A model generated the notes under the pieces. The model saw nothing but the letters and a program-made list of their open reading frames with translations. It was not told the DNA's origin and ran no database searches. 64,000 bases of DNA from a bacterium (GTDB taxonomy: Bacteria; UBA8248): positions 544,001 through 608,000 of the forward strand of contig OZ241326.1 in NCBI GenBank assembly GCA_965199855.1, read 5' to 3'. Position 1 is the stretch's first letter, and each line of letters begins with the position of its first letter. Below are positions 1 to 9,979 of this stretch, piece by piece. The translations under genes and the position numbers were made by a program.

Positions 1-312
1 GACGCCGAGGTCTGCGAGGCCGTCCAGGCGGATCGCCCCGCCTACAGGAAGCTCCTGTTCCGCGGCGGGAGGCTGACCGGCGCCATCATCCTGGGGAAGG
101 CCCGGGAAATCTGGGCGACGAACGACGTGGGGATGCTCAAGGGCCTCGTCCACGCGGGGACGGACGTCTCCGCGTGGAAGGCGCATTTGCGGAAAAACCC
201 ATTCGACGTGAAGCGCGCGTTTCTGGCCTCGGGGGCGGCGGGCGGCCTGCTGCCCGAGACCGTGCTGGGGCGTCCGTCCGCTCCGGCGCGCGAAATCAGC
301 GTCTCTTCCTGA
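1..312 (+). CDS. C-terminal part of FAD/NAD(P)-dependent oxidoreductase (NirB/rubredoxin-reductase-like, AorC-type); 5' truncated by window
   Basis: Frame is open from base 1: DAEVCEAVQADRPAYRKLLFRGGRLTGAIILG...NDVGMLKGL. YRKL..GGRL.GAI is typical of this C-terminal domain; lies directly upstream of AOR. Confidence 0.7.
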   Translation, partial: DAEVCEAVQADRPAYRKLLFRGGRLTGAIILGKAREIWATNDVGMLKGLVHAGTDVSAWKAHLRKNPFDVKRAFLASGAAGGLLPETVLGRPSAPAREISVSS

Positions 313-330
313 GCGAGGGGGGTCGATTCC

Positions 331-2205
331 TTGACTGAATACGCATACGCGGGAGAAATCCTCCGGGTCGATCTCTCGGGCGCGAAGGTCTGGGCGCAGA
401 GGTTCGAGGAAGCCGCCGAGCCCAGGAAGTGGGTGGGCGGCGCGGGCCTGGGCGCCAGGATCCTGTGGGACGAGGTGCCGCCCGAGGCGGGCTGGGATCA
501 CCCGGAGAACCGCCTCGTCATGGCGACGGGCCCCCTGGCGGGCCTGCCGGTCTGGGGGACGGGCGGGCTGACCGTGGTGACGCGGGGCGCGCTCACCAAC
601 GGGGCGACCAACACCCAGGCGAACGGGTTTTTCGGCGCGAACCTCAAGTATTGCGGCTACGACGCCATCGCGCTTCAGGGGGAATCGCCCGACTGGGTCT
701 GGCTCCACATCCATGACGGGGGGGCGGAGCTTCGGGACGCCGCCGAGCTGCTGGGCAAAGACACCTGGGAGACGCAGGAGGCGCTTGAGGAGAAGCTCGG
801 GCTGAGCGGCCACGGCCTGAGCGTCTACAGCATCGGGCCGGCGGGCGAGAGCCTCGTGCGCTTCGCCGCCATCCAGGGCGACTACGGCCACGTGGCGAGC
901 AAGAACGGCTGCGGCGCCGTCATGGGGAAGAAGAAGCTGAAGGCGGTGGCGATCGAGCGCGGCAAGAAGGGGGTGGCCGCCGCCCATCCCAAGGCGCTTT
1001 TCGCGGCGGCGGACGACATCGCCCACAGCCTGAAGAACGACCCCTCCACGAGGGGGCTGTATCTCTACGGCACCCTGGGCGGCGTGCGGAACCTCCAGGG
1101 CATGGGCGCGCTCCCGATTCGCAACTACACGACGAACGTGTGGCCCGAAGAGGTCGAGACGAAGCAGTGGGAGGCCAGCGGCCTGCGCGAGGGCTTCGAC
1201 CACCGGGGCCATCAGTGCAGCGCGTGCGGGATGCACCATTGCCACATGCACGTCATCTCCTCGGGCCCCTACAGGGGGCAGGTGGTGGACGAGCCGGAAT
1301 ACGAGGGCTGGTCGGGGGCGGGCTGGACGATCGGGGCCACGGACCCCCAGCAGGTCACCTGGATGAACACGCGGCTGGATCGCGCCTGCGTGGACGTGAA
1401 CGAGTTCGGCTGGCTCTGCGGCTGGGTGATGGAGTGCCGGCAGAAGGGCTACATCACGGATGGCGACCTGGGCTTCCGCCTCGAATGGGGGGACATCGAG
1501 GGGGCGAACAGGCTGCTCGACATGATTTGCAGGCGCGAGGGCATGGGCGACCTTCTGGCCGAGGGCACGAAGATCGCGGCGGAGAAGCTCGGCGGAGACG
1601 CGCGCGACTGCGCCATCTACACGGAGATCGGAAACTCCCCCCGCGGCCACGACCACCGCTCCCGCTGGGAGGAGATGATCGACACCTGCACCGGCTCCGG
1701 CGGGACGCTGGACACCGCCCCGCCCGTGTTTCCCACGGACTATGGCCTGCCGGCGCGCGTAGAGCCCCAGGACCCGGAGGCGGTGCCCAGGCTCGTGGGC
1801 GGCCTCCGGGGGCGCCGCGCGTTCGAGGATTCCCTGGGGGCGTGCGTGTTCACCACGCGCGCGCCGATGGACGTCCTGTGCCGCTCCATCCAGGCGGCCA
1901 CCGGCTGGGACGTGGACAAGGAGGAGGCCATACGGACCGGCCGGCGCATCAACGCCCTGATGCGCGCGTTCAATTTGCGCTGCGGCATCGGCCCCGAGGT
2001 CGAGAAGCCCTCCAGACGCTACGGCTCGACGCCGGCGGACGGGCCGATCGCGGGCGTCTCGATCATGGAGCAGTGGGAGAAGATGCTCGACATCTGGTAC
2101 GAGACGGTGGGCTACGACAGGGAGACGGGGCGGCCGAGGCCCGAGATTCTGCGCGAACTCGACCTCGAGGACGTAGCCGAGGCGCTGTGGGGCGCGGGCG
2201 TCTAG
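331..2205 (+). CDS. aor: Aldehyde ferredoxin oxidoreductase family (W/Mo-pterin) protein
   Basis: YAGEILRVDLS start, GCGAVMGKKKLKAV, 4Fe-4S ligands CSAC...C plus SLGAC, EPEYE motif; 624 aa. Confidence 0.9.
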   Translation: MTEYAYAGEILRVDLSGAKVWAQRFEEAAEPRKWVGGAGLGARILWDEVPPEAGWDHPENRLVMATGPLAGLPVWGTGGLTVVTRGALTNGATNTQANGFFGANLKYCGYDAIALQGESPDWVWLHIHDGGAELRDAAELLGKDTWETQEALEEKLGLSGHGLSVYSIGPAGESLVRFAAIQGDYGHVASKNGCGAVMGKKKLKAVAIERGKKGVAAAHPKALFAAADDIAHSLKNDPSTRGLYLYGTLGGVRNLQGMGALPIRNYTTNVWPEEVETKQWEASGLREGFDHRGHQCSACGMHHCHMHVISSGPYRGQVVDEPEYEGWSGAGWTIGATDPQQVTWMNTRLDRACVDVNEFGWLCGWVMECRQKGYITDGDLGFRLEWGDIEGANRLLDMICRREGMGDLLAEGTKIAAEKLGGDARDCAIYTEIGNSPRGHDHRSRWEEMIDTCTGSGGTLDTAPPVFPTDYGLPARVEPQDPEAVPRLVGGLRGRRAFEDSLGACVFTTRAPMDVLCRSIQAATGWDVDKEEAIRTGRRINALMRAFNLRCGIGPEVEKPSRRYGSTPADGPIAGVSIMEQWEKMLDIWYETVGYDRETGRPRPEILRELDLEDVAEALWGAGV

Positions 2206-2232
2206 TGCCCGCTCCGCCCGGGGGCCGCGCCC

Positions 2233-2559
2233 GTGAGCGAGCCGGAAGGCGCCGGGAGGATTCGCGTCCGGCTGGAGTTCATCTCCTGGGCTTCAACCTT
2301 CGTGGGCGGAGACGGAAACGAGCGCAAGCTTTTCGAGGAGGAGGCTCCCGAGGGCGCCACCCTGCGCGAGGTTCTCAAGCGGATGAGCCGGCGCTTCCGC
2401 GCTCTGGACGAGGCGCTCTGGCACGACGGCTCGGACGAGCTGGCCGAGCATCTGGAGATCGCCGTCAACGACGCGCTCCTGGGCATTCGCCACACGCTCG
2501 ACTCCGAGATGAAGGAGGGCGACCTCATCCTCCTCATGGGGCAATACATGGGCGGGTGA
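2233..2559 (+). CDS. MoaD/ThiS family sulfur carrier
   Basis: Ubiquitin-like pattern (IAVND, EGDLI) with C-terminal GG; follows AOR. Confidence 0.85.
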   Translation: MSEPEGAGRIRVRLEFISWASTFVGGDGNERKLFEEEAPEGATLREVLKRMSRRFRALDEALWHDGSDELAEHLEIAVNDALLGIRHTLDSEMKEGDLILLMGQYMGG

Positions 2560-2655
2560 GCGCGAAGGCGCTGTCTATAAGGACCCTTGAATCCGCAGTC
2601 CTTTCATCAGGGCTTCCATTCCACGTTCGACCGATGCGCTTCTCTGAATCGTTTT

Positions 2656-3591
2656 TCATGGTCCAAAGGCGTTGATGAATTTCCTCGCGAGGTCGAAGCT
2701 CATTCTCCGCCTGTAAAAGCCGTCGTCGCGCATTCCCTTGAACGGGGTCAGGAAAACGTCGGCGGTATCGCGTCGAAACAGTCTGATATGATGATTCAGC
2801 TTTTCCGCCAGCGCGGGAACGTTCCGGAAATCGCTGCTGATGCGGGTGATAAACCTGGAAGATGCCTTGACGGGGTAATCTTCTATTTCCTTCGCGTCGC
2901 AAAACCTGATGGAGGGCTCTCTCGTGTTGTCAAACGATATGAATCCCAAATCGCCCCGGGGGTCGTTGAATCTCAGAACGCTGTCATTTTTCTCGACGGG
3001 CAGGCTTTTTCGCATGGCGTCGAGGGCGCCCATATATCTGTTGTCATAATAAACGCCTACGTCCCGACTCCGCTGGCTGTCGAACAGCGCCAGACATGCC
3101 GGATTTTCCGTATCGCTGAACATGGCGTCGTGCAGCAGCACGTAACTCCTCAGACGGGAGCGAAACAATCCGGCGTGCAAAAAACTTCCCGGAATCAGAA
3201 TGGCGACGTGTTCGCAATGGTTCAGGCATAATTCCAGGCAGTGCTTGTAGAGATCGTCATATCGGGAATCCGGAAATTCCAGCCCCCGGCGCGTGGCGGA
3301 ATTGCGGGCGAGCCAGGGCGGATTCGTAACGCATACGTCATATCCTTTCGGGAAATTCGCTATGGTGTTTCGTTTTTTTACGTCCCTGTTCGCCGGTGCC
3401 ACGTCATAGGAGGCGAATTCGTTGCACGCGCCCATCTCCCGCAAGGCGCGGATAATGTGGTTCGCTCCGGCGAACGGCTCCAGGACGCGCGCGTGAGGCA
3501 GGCGGGCCGCTTTCGCCCATCGCCTGAATGGATCGAAATTGAAGGGGTTGCCTCTGGTGTAGAATTGACCTCGCGCGCGCTTGCGGCTCAT
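2656..3591 (-). CDS. Orphan N6-adenine DNA methyltransferase-like protein
   Basis: GQFYT (motif X), LEPFAG (motif I), TNPPW (motif IV); GC visibly lower than flanks; ATG at 3591 with GGAG RBS. Confidence 0.7.
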   Translation of the reverse strand: MSRKRARGQFYTRGNPFNFDPFRRWAKAARLPHARVLEPFAGANHIIRALREMGACNEFASYDVAPANRDVKKRNTIANFPKGYDVCVTNPPWLARNSATRRGLEFPDSRYDDLYKHCLELCLNHCEHVAILIPGSFLHAGLFRSRLRSYVLLHDAMFSDTENPACLALFDSQRSRDVGVYYDNRYMGALDAMRKSLPVEKNDSVLRFNDPRGDLGFISFDNTREPSIRFCDAKEIEDYPVKASSRFITRISSDFRNVPALAEKLNHHIRLFRRDTADVFLTPFKGMRDDGFYRRRMSFDLARKFINAFGP

Positions 3592-3707
3592 CGCTCCGTT
3601 CAATGTCGCCGGACGGCAATGGCGGATTTTCCTGCTGTCATCTTATGAACGAGCCTCGAAGTCAACGCCTTTCGCGCGCTCCCGTCCCCTGCGCGGGAGC
3701 GGCGCGC

Positions 3708-4172
3708 TCAGAGCGGATGGTTCGGGTCGAGCATCCCCAGAAACGCGGCGCACCTCTCGGCTTCGGCGGATTCGCCGATGGCGGCGGCGCATTGCGCCAG
3801 CCCGTGGACGGCGCGCAGGAAGGGCCGGTTGGCGGGGATTTCCCAGGGGATGCGCCCGTCGCCGCGCCAGCCCGAGGCGCGCGCCTTGTCCAGCCCCCGG
3901 TGGTAGGCGACCCGGAAGAAGGCGTACGCCCCGATCGCGTCCTCGCCGGCGAGGGCGACGCGCCCCAGCGCCACCCAGCCGGAGAGGGCGTCGGGATGCC
4001 GCGCCGCCAGCGCCTTCAGCTTCTCCAGGGAGCGCTCGCGCTTCTCCCCGCCCGCCAGAACCTCGTCGCGCAGCCGATCCGCCGCGCCGAGCGCCTCCGG
4101 CTCGGGCGGAAGGGAGGCGCCGGGAATCGCGCCGGAGGCGATGTCGAGCAGGTCGTCCGCTTCGTCGGGCAT
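3708..4172 (-). CDS. DUF3151 family protein
   Basis: AYAFFRVAYHRGLDKARASGWRG.G.IPWE.PANRPFLRA signature; AAGGAGG RBS. Confidence 0.8.
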   Translation of the reverse strand: MPDEADDLLDIASGAIPGASLPPEPEALGAADRLRDEVLAGGEKRERSLEKLKALAARHPDALSGWVALGRVALAGEDAIGAYAFFRVAYHRGLDKARASGWRGDGRIPWEIPANRPFLRAVHGLAQCAAAIGESAEAERCAAFLGMLDPNHPL

Positions 4173-4267
4173 GGCGGCTTTCCTCCTTCGGAAGAGAGAA
4201 TTTCCGGCGGCATTATACCCCGAATCCGGCTGGATGGCTCCTCCCGCGGACGCCGCCGCGCCGGGGA

Positions 4268-4296
4268 TTGACGCCCCCGAATCGCTTTGCTAGCTT
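4268..4296 (+). promoter_or_regulatory. Sigma70-type promoter of glyA
   Basis: TTGACG-17 bp-TAGCTT with TG extended -10. Confidence 0.55.
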
Positions 4297-4361
4297 CTCG
4301 CCGCCCTGTGAATTTCCACCCGCTTCCCGCGCGCCTGAAAATCAAACGGAGGTCCCGCGAG

Positions 4362-5618
4362 ATGCCCTCAGCGCTTGAGCTCGCCGATCCCGACGTCTTC
4401 GCCGCCATGGAGAATGAAAAGCGGCGCCAGGCGGACGAGCTCGAACTCATCGCCTCGGAGAACTACGTGAGCCGGGCGGTGATGGAGGCGGCGGGCGGCG
4501 TGATGACCAACAAATACGCGGAGGGCCTGCCGGGGAAGCGCTACTACGGCGGCTGCCGGTTCGTGGACGCGGCGGAATCCCTCGCCATCGAGCGGGCGAA
4601 GGCGCTTTTCGGCGCGGATCACGCCTGCGTGCAGCCGCACAGCGGCGCCCAGGCGAACGCCGCGGTCTATTACGGCCTGATGGAGCCGGGCGACACCCTG
4701 CTGGGCATGAACCTCTCCCACGGGGGGCACCTCACCCACGGCCACCCCGTCACCTTCTCGGGCCGCTGGTTCAACGTGGTCGCCTACGGGGTGGACCCCG
4801 AGAACCACGTCATCGACTTCGGTGAGGTGGAGGCGCAGGCCAGGGCGCATCGGCCCAAGGTCATCGTCGCGGGGGCGAGCGCGTATCCGCGCTCGATGGA
4901 CTACGCGCGCTTCCGGGAGATCGCGGACGAGACGGGCGCCGTGGTGATGGCGGACGTCGCCCACGTAGCGGGGCTCATCGCGGGCGGGGCGCACCCCAGC
5001 CCGGCGGGCCACGCGCAGATCATCACCACCACGACGCACAAGACGCTGCGGGGCCCCCGCGGCGGCATGATTCTTTGCGACGAGGACTACGCGGCGCGGA
5101 TGAGCAAGGCCGTCTTCCCCGGGCTTCAGGGCGGGCCGCTCATGCACGTCATCGCGGCGAAGGCGGTGGCGCTCAGGGAGGCGGCCGCCCCCGGCTTCAG
5201 GGACTACGCGGCGCAGGTCGTGAAGAACGCGAAGGCGCTCGCGGCCGCGCTCCTTCGGCGCGGGGTTCATCTCGTGTCGGGCGGCACGGACAACCACCTG
5301 CTCCTGCTGGATCTGCGCGAGGCCGGCTTCAGCGGGAAGAAGGCGGAGGCCGCCCTGGGCCGGGCGGGGATCACGGTGAACAAGAACGCGATTCCCTACG
5401 ACGCGAGAAAGCCGGCGCTCACGAGCGGGATTCGCGTCGGGACGCCCGCGCTGACCTCGCGCGGCATGAAGGAGGCCGAGATGGAGGCGGTGGGCGGCTG
5501 GATGGCCGACGCGCTCGCCGACGTCGAGGACGAGTCGCGCATCGCCTCGGTGCGCGGGGACGTCCGCTCGCTTTGCGAAAAATTCCCGATGGGGCCGGAG
5601 GGCGCCAGACCGGAGTAG
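4362..5618 (+). CDS. glyA: Serine hydroxymethyltransferase
   Basis: [40 protein letters not shown]; GGAGG RBS before ATG 4362. Confidence 0.97.
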   Translation: MPSALELADPDVFAAMENEKRRQADELELIASENYVSRAVMEAAGGVMTNKYAEGLPGKRYYGGCRFVDAAESLAIERAKALFGADHACVQPHSGAQANAAVYYGLMEPGDTLLGMNLSHGGHLTHGHPVTFSGRWFNVVAYGVDPENHVIDFGEVEAQARAHRPKVIVAGASAYPRSMDYARFREIADETGAVVMADVAHVAGLIAGGAHPSPAGHAQIITTTTHKTLRGPRGGMILCDEDYAARMSKAVFPGLQGGPLMHVIAAKAVALREAAAPGFRDYAAQVVKNAKALAAALLRRGVHLVSGGTDNHLLLLDLREAGFSGKKAEAALGRAGITVNKNAIPYDARKPALTSGIRVGTPALTSRGMKEAEMEAVGGWMADALADVEDESRIASVRGDVRSLCEKFPMGPEGARPE

Positions 5619-5632
5619 CGCGGCTCCCCGCC

Positions 5633-7045
5633 CTACGGGGGCGGCCTTTCCACTTTCGCGATTCCCGTCTTTTCCATCTGATGCGCGAGCGCCAGCGTCC
5701 GGTGATCCTCGAAGGGCGCGCCCATGATCTGCGCGCCGAGCGGCAGGCCCTCCGCGCTCATGCCGGCGGGAAGCGCCGTGGCCGGCCCCCCGAAGAAGTT
5801 CCAGAGCCTCGTCAGGGAGATCAGGAGCGCGCGGATTTCCACCTCCCTGCCCCGGACGACGGCGGACGAGGCGGAGCGCGGGGCGGCGGGAATCGGCGTG
5901 GCGGCGGAGAGGAGGAGGTCCGCCCGGCCGAAGACTTCCCTGTGGACGCGCCTCGCCCACTGCTCCCTGAATCTGAGCGCCTGGATATAGGAGGCGGCGG
6001 GGATGAAGAAGCCGGGCCGGATTCTCTCGATGACGCCCGGGTCGAAGTCCCCCGCTCTTTCCCGGACGTTCTTCTCGTGCGCGGCCGCGGCCTCCGAGAC
6101 CATCACCACGGACGCCGCGTGAAGCGCGCTTTCGACGTCGGGAATCTCGACGTCGAATACCCTGGCGCCCGCCTCCCCGAGCGCGCGGGCGAGCCTCTCC
6201 ACCGCCTCCGCCACGGAAGGCTCCGAGCGTCCCTCGTAGAAGGAGCGCGCGTGGCCGACGCGGAGTCCCTCGATGGGCGCGTTCAGCGCGCCCATGAAGT
6301 CGGGCGGCCCGCAGGGGACGGAGGAGGCGTCGTCCGGGTCGCGTCCGGCGACGGCGGACATCATCAGCGCGCAGTCCTCGGCGGATCGCGCCAGCGGCCC
6401 GAAGGAGTCGAGCGACCACGAGAGCGGCGCGCATTTCGATTTCGGGACGAGGCCGTGGGTGGGCTTGTGTCCGACCACGCCGCACAGCGACGCGGGAATG
6501 CGGATGGAGCCGCCCGTGTCGGAGCCGATGGCGATGGAGACCTGCCCCGTCGCCGCGCTGTTGCCCGAGCCGCCGCTCGAGCCGCCGCTCATCCGCTCCG
6601 CGTCCCAGGGGTTCTTCTGATCCCCGTAATGGGGGTTGCGTCCGGTGGGGCCGAAGGCGAACTCGTGCAGGTTCAGCTTGCCGAAAATCACGCCGCCGGC
6701 GCGGCGTATCCTCCGCGTCAGGGGGGCGTCGGAGTCCGCCGCGCCCTCCTTGTCGATGACGCCGCCCGCCGTCGTGGGCAGCCCTTCCGCGTCGATGAGG
6801 TCCTTCAGGCCGATCGGCGCGCCGGCCAGGGGTCCCGGGTCGCCGCCCCGCTCGACGGCGGCGTCCACCTCCCGCGCCGCCCGCATGGCGCCCTCCGCGT
6901 CGAGCGCGATCCAGGAGTTCAGCGCCTTCCCGACGCGCTCCGCGCGCTCCAGGTGCGCCTCGGCGACCCGGACGGCGGTGAACTTTCTTTCCCTGACGCC
7001 CGCGGCGATTCGCGCGGCGGTGAGGTTCGCGAGATCGCCGCTCAC
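5633..7045 (-). CDS. Amidase-signature family enzyme (GatA/AtzE-like)
   Basis: IGLKDLI, GGSSGGS, GSDTGGSIRIPAS (Lys-cisSer-Ser triad); likely GTG start at 7045. Confidence 0.9.
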   Translation of the reverse strand: MSGDLANLTAARIAAGVRERKFTAVRVAEAHLERAERVGKALNSWIALDAEGAMRAAREVDAAVERGGDPGPLAGAPIGLKDLIDAEGLPTTAGGVIDKEGAADSDAPLTRRIRRAGGVIFGKLNLHEFAFGPTGRNPHYGDQKNPWDAERMSGGSSGGSGNSAATGQVSIAIGSDTGGSIRIPASLCGVVGHKPTHGLVPKSKCAPLSWSLDSFGPLARSAEDCALMMSAVAGRDPDDASSVPCGPPDFMGALNAPIEGLRVGHARSFYEGRSEPSVAEAVERLARALGEAGARVFDVEIPDVESALHAASVVMVSEAAAAHEKNVRERAGDFDPGVIERIRPGFFIPAASYIQALRFREQWARRVHREVFGRADLLLSAATPIPAAPRSASSAVVRGREVEIRALLISLTRLWNFFGGPATALPAGMSAEGLPLGAQIMGAPFEDHRTLALAHQMEKTGIAKVERPPP

Positions 7046-7046
7046 C

Positions 7047-7247
7047 CTATTTCTCCCTCGCCAGGGAGCGCAGAAAGCCCGCGTGTCCGGCCGGCTCCGT
7101 CTGCGGGGAGAGCCGCTCCAGCAGCGCGGGGCGTCCGCGATCGAGGGCTTCGAGGGCGGCCGCGATGGCGGCGCGCCTCTCCGGGTCGAGCGCGTCTCCG
7201 AAGGCGTCGGCGCAACGGATCTTGAGGGCGTCGTCTGAAATCGCCAT
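7047..7247 (-). CDS. Small 66-aa protein coupled to amidase (AtzG/GatC-like partner?)
   Basis: GGGAGG RBS before ATG 7247; MAISDDALKIR...LERLSPQTEPAGHA; stop is 1 bp before the amidase start. Confidence 0.6.
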   Translation of the reverse strand: MAISDDALKIRCADAFGDALDPERRAAIAAALEALDRGRPALLERLSPQTEPAGHAGFLRSLAREK

Positions 7248-7453
7248 GGCGTCCTCCCGGAAAGCGCGGCGCGCGCTGAGGGGCGGCTCGTTCGTTCGCG
7301 GATGGACGCATGATGCTTCGTCTCGCCCGGCATTGCAATCGCGGACGCGAAGGCGGCGCGGGCTTTCGCTTCGCCCGCGGGCGGTTGCCTCCGCGCGGGC
7401 GCGGGGGCAAAATGCGGGGCGCGTCCTTTTCATCCGCCCCGCCGGAGGCGTCC

Positions 7454-8101
7454 GTGAGCAGATTCGCAGGGCCCCTTCTCATCGCCGCGCTCCTGCCCCT
7501 GTGGGCGGGGGGGTGCGTGCCCGTGGGCGTCATGGTCGCCAAGAAAACCCTGACCTCCGCTCTGGAGGATCGCTCCTTCGAGCAGGGGCTTGAAGACGCG
7601 AAAATACACGCGCATCTGCTGAAGGAGTATTTGCGGGTCGATAGCGGCCTGCCCGTGGACGTGAACACGGACGTGTGGGAGGGGCGGGCGCTGCTCACCG
7701 GCGCGGTGGACGCGGCGTGGAAGCGCGAGGCCGTCCTGCGCATCGCGCGCGGCGACCCGCGGATACGCGCCCTGTACGATCACATCCTCCTGGGTTCCGC
7801 GGACGGGGCGGAGCGCGGCCGCGCGGCGGCGGGGACGGCGCCGGCGGAGGAGCGCGACATCGTGAAAATCGGCCGAATCGCCGGCGATGCGTGGATAAAG
7901 GCCAAGCTCAAGGCGCAGTTTCTGGCGACGGAGGGCGTGCGCTCCGTGAACTACCGCTGGCAGTCCGCGCGAGGCAGGGTCTACATCATCGGCCGGGCGA
8001 GGACGGAGCAGGAGAAGAAGATCGTCCTCCAGATCATTCGCGGAACGAAGGGCGTCCTCCGCGTCCGCGAGTATATCGAGATAAAGCCGCCGCGGCGGTA
8101 G
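7454..8101 (+). CDS. BON-domain lipoprotein (DolP/OsmY-like)
   Basis: Lipobox-like WAGGC; two BON repeats (DAKI...GRALLTG; DAWIKAKLK...GRVYIIG). Confidence 0.8.
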   Translation: MSRFAGPLLIAALLPLWAGGCVPVGVMVAKKTLTSALEDRSFEQGLEDAKIHAHLLKEYLRVDSGLPVDVNTDVWEGRALLTGAVDAAWKREAVLRIARGDPRIRALYDHILLGSADGAERGRAAAGTAPAEERDIVKIGRIAGDAWIKAKLKAQFLATEGVRSVNYRWQSARGRVYIIGRARTEQEKKIVLQIIRGTKGVLRVREYIEIKPPRR

Positions 8102-8142
8102 GGCTTCCGAAAATTCTCCCCCCGGGTCCGGCTTCCGGATAG

Positions 8143-9157
8143 ATGATTCGCCTGAGCGTTCTGGATCAGTCCCCCGTCCGCGCGGGAGGGACGGCGGCGG
8201 AGGCCATCGGCGAGACCGTCCGGCTGGCGCGGGCGGCCGAGCGTCTGGGCTATCACCGCTACTGGCTGGCGGAGCACCACAGCCACGGGGCGTTCGCGGG
8301 CACCTCGCCCGAGGTGCTGATCGGCCGCATCGCCGCGGCGACGAGCCGCATTCGCGTGGGCTCGGGCGGGGTGATGCTCAGCCACTACAGCGCGCTCAAG
8401 GTGGCCGAATCCTTCCGGGTTCTGGAGACGCTCCACCCGGGCCGCATCGACCTGGGGCTGGGCCGCGCCCCCGGCGCGGACAGGCTCGCCTCCGCCGCCC
8501 CTGGCGGCCGCCCCGGGCGGCTTTCGCTACGATGATTTTCCGCAGAAGGTCTCCGACCTTCAGGGCTGGCTGGAGGGGCCGCTGCCGGAGGGCCACCCCT
8601 TCGCCCGCGTGCGCGCCATGCCCGACGGAGAGACGGCGCCCGAGGTGTGGCTTCTGGGAACCTCGGGTCAAAGCGCGATTCTCGCCGCGCGCTTCGGCTG
8701 CGCGTTTTCCTTCGCCCACTTCATCAGCGCGCGCGGCAGCGTTCAGGTGATGGACATGTATCGCAGGGATTTTCGCCCCTCCGCCCGATGGAAAGCCCCC
8801 GCGGGAAGCCTCGGCGTTTTCGTGATTTGCGCCCCGACCGAGGAGGAGGCGCTCTACCACGCGGCGAGTAGGCCCCTCGTGATGCTCAGGAGCCGCCGCG
8901 GCGAGGGAGGCGGCGTGCCCGCGCCCGAGGAGGCGCTCGCCTATCCGTGGACGGAAGCCGAGCGCGCCTTCGCGCGGGATATCGACAGCAGAACCATCGC
9001 GGGGGACCCCGATCAGGTCGAACGGGCGCTCCGGGAGCTGGCCTCCGCGCACGGGGTCGATGAGCTCGTCATCGTGAACGTGATGCACAGCTTCGAGGCG
9101 AGGCTCAAGTCCTACGAGCTTCTGGCGGAGGCGTTCGGACTGGGGGAAGCATCCTAG
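8143..9157 (+). pseudogene. LLM-class flavin-dependent oxidoreductase, frameshifted near 8500 (real or assembly error)
   Basis: LSVLDQSP, YWLAEHH, GRIDLGLGRAPG. Removing one C from CCCC at 8498-8501 joins 8143.. to the 8609..9157 frame. Confidence 0.8.
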
Positions 9158-9273
9158 CCCCTTCGACCCGCGAGGCTCCTTCTGCTACCCTTCGGCGCGT
9201 TTTCGGGGTTCATTTTCCGCTCGCGCGCGCCTGGGGCGCGTTCGCGTCCGCCGCTGTCCGAAAGGAGCGATTC

Positions 9274-9771
9274 ATGGGGCTTTCCGCCGTAATGACGACG
9301 AGCCGGGGCGAGATACGGCTCGATTTGCATGAGGACAAGGCGCCGGTGACGGCGGCGAGCTTCGTGAACCTCGTCCGGCGGGGCTTCTACGACGGCCTCG
9401 TCTTTCACCGCGTCATCGCCGACTTCATGATTCAGGGCGGCTGCCCCGCGGGCACGGGGAGGGGCGGGCCCGGCTATCAGTTCGAGGACGAGTGCTCGCC
9501 CGATCTGCTCCACGACGGCGCGGGCGTCCTCTCGATGGCGAACGCGGGGCCGGGGACGAACGGCTCGCAGTTTTTCATCACCCACGTCCCCACCGCCTGG
9601 CTCGACGGCAAGCACACCGTTTTCGGGCGCGTCGCCTCCGGCCAGGAGGTGGTGGACGCGGTCGAGCAGGGCGACGCGATAGAGAAAATCGAAATCGAGG
9701 GCGACGCCTCCGCCCTGCTCGAGGCGCAAAAGGACAGAATCGCCGCGTGGAACGAGGCGCTGGACGCCTAG
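9274..9771 (+). CDS. Cyclophilin-type peptidyl-prolyl isomerase
   Basis: [43 protein letters not shown]. Confidence 0.95.
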   Translation: MGLSAVMTTSRGEIRLDLHEDKAPVTAASFVNLVRRGFYDGLVFHRVIADFMIQGGCPAGTGRGGPGYQFEDECSPDLLHDGAGVLSMANAGPGTNGSQFFITHVPTAWLDGKHTVFGRVASGQEVVDAVEQGDAIEKIEIEGDASALLEAQKDRIAAWNEALDA

Positions 9772-9979
9772 ACGCGCGGGCGGGGAGCGGACGCCGGCAG
9801 GCTTCTTTTCTTCGGGGCGCTCGCGAGCGTCTCCCCCGCCCGGCCGTTCTCTCCCGCGCTCTCTCTCTCTGAGGGCCTCCCCCCGGCCTTCCCCCCGGGA
9901 TGCCGCGAACCCGGAAATGGGGTATGCTTGCGGGGATTCTACATTTTCGCGCGCGCGTTCAAGCGGGGAGCGCAAGCCT

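Noticed and set aside
2587-3231. 214-aa + strand ORF
   Set aside because: Antisense to the methyltransferase; no motif or RBS.
4173-4361. ZTP or glycine riboswitch upstream of glyA
   Set aside because: No conserved riboswitch motifs recognised, and the leader after the promoter is only ~60 nt.
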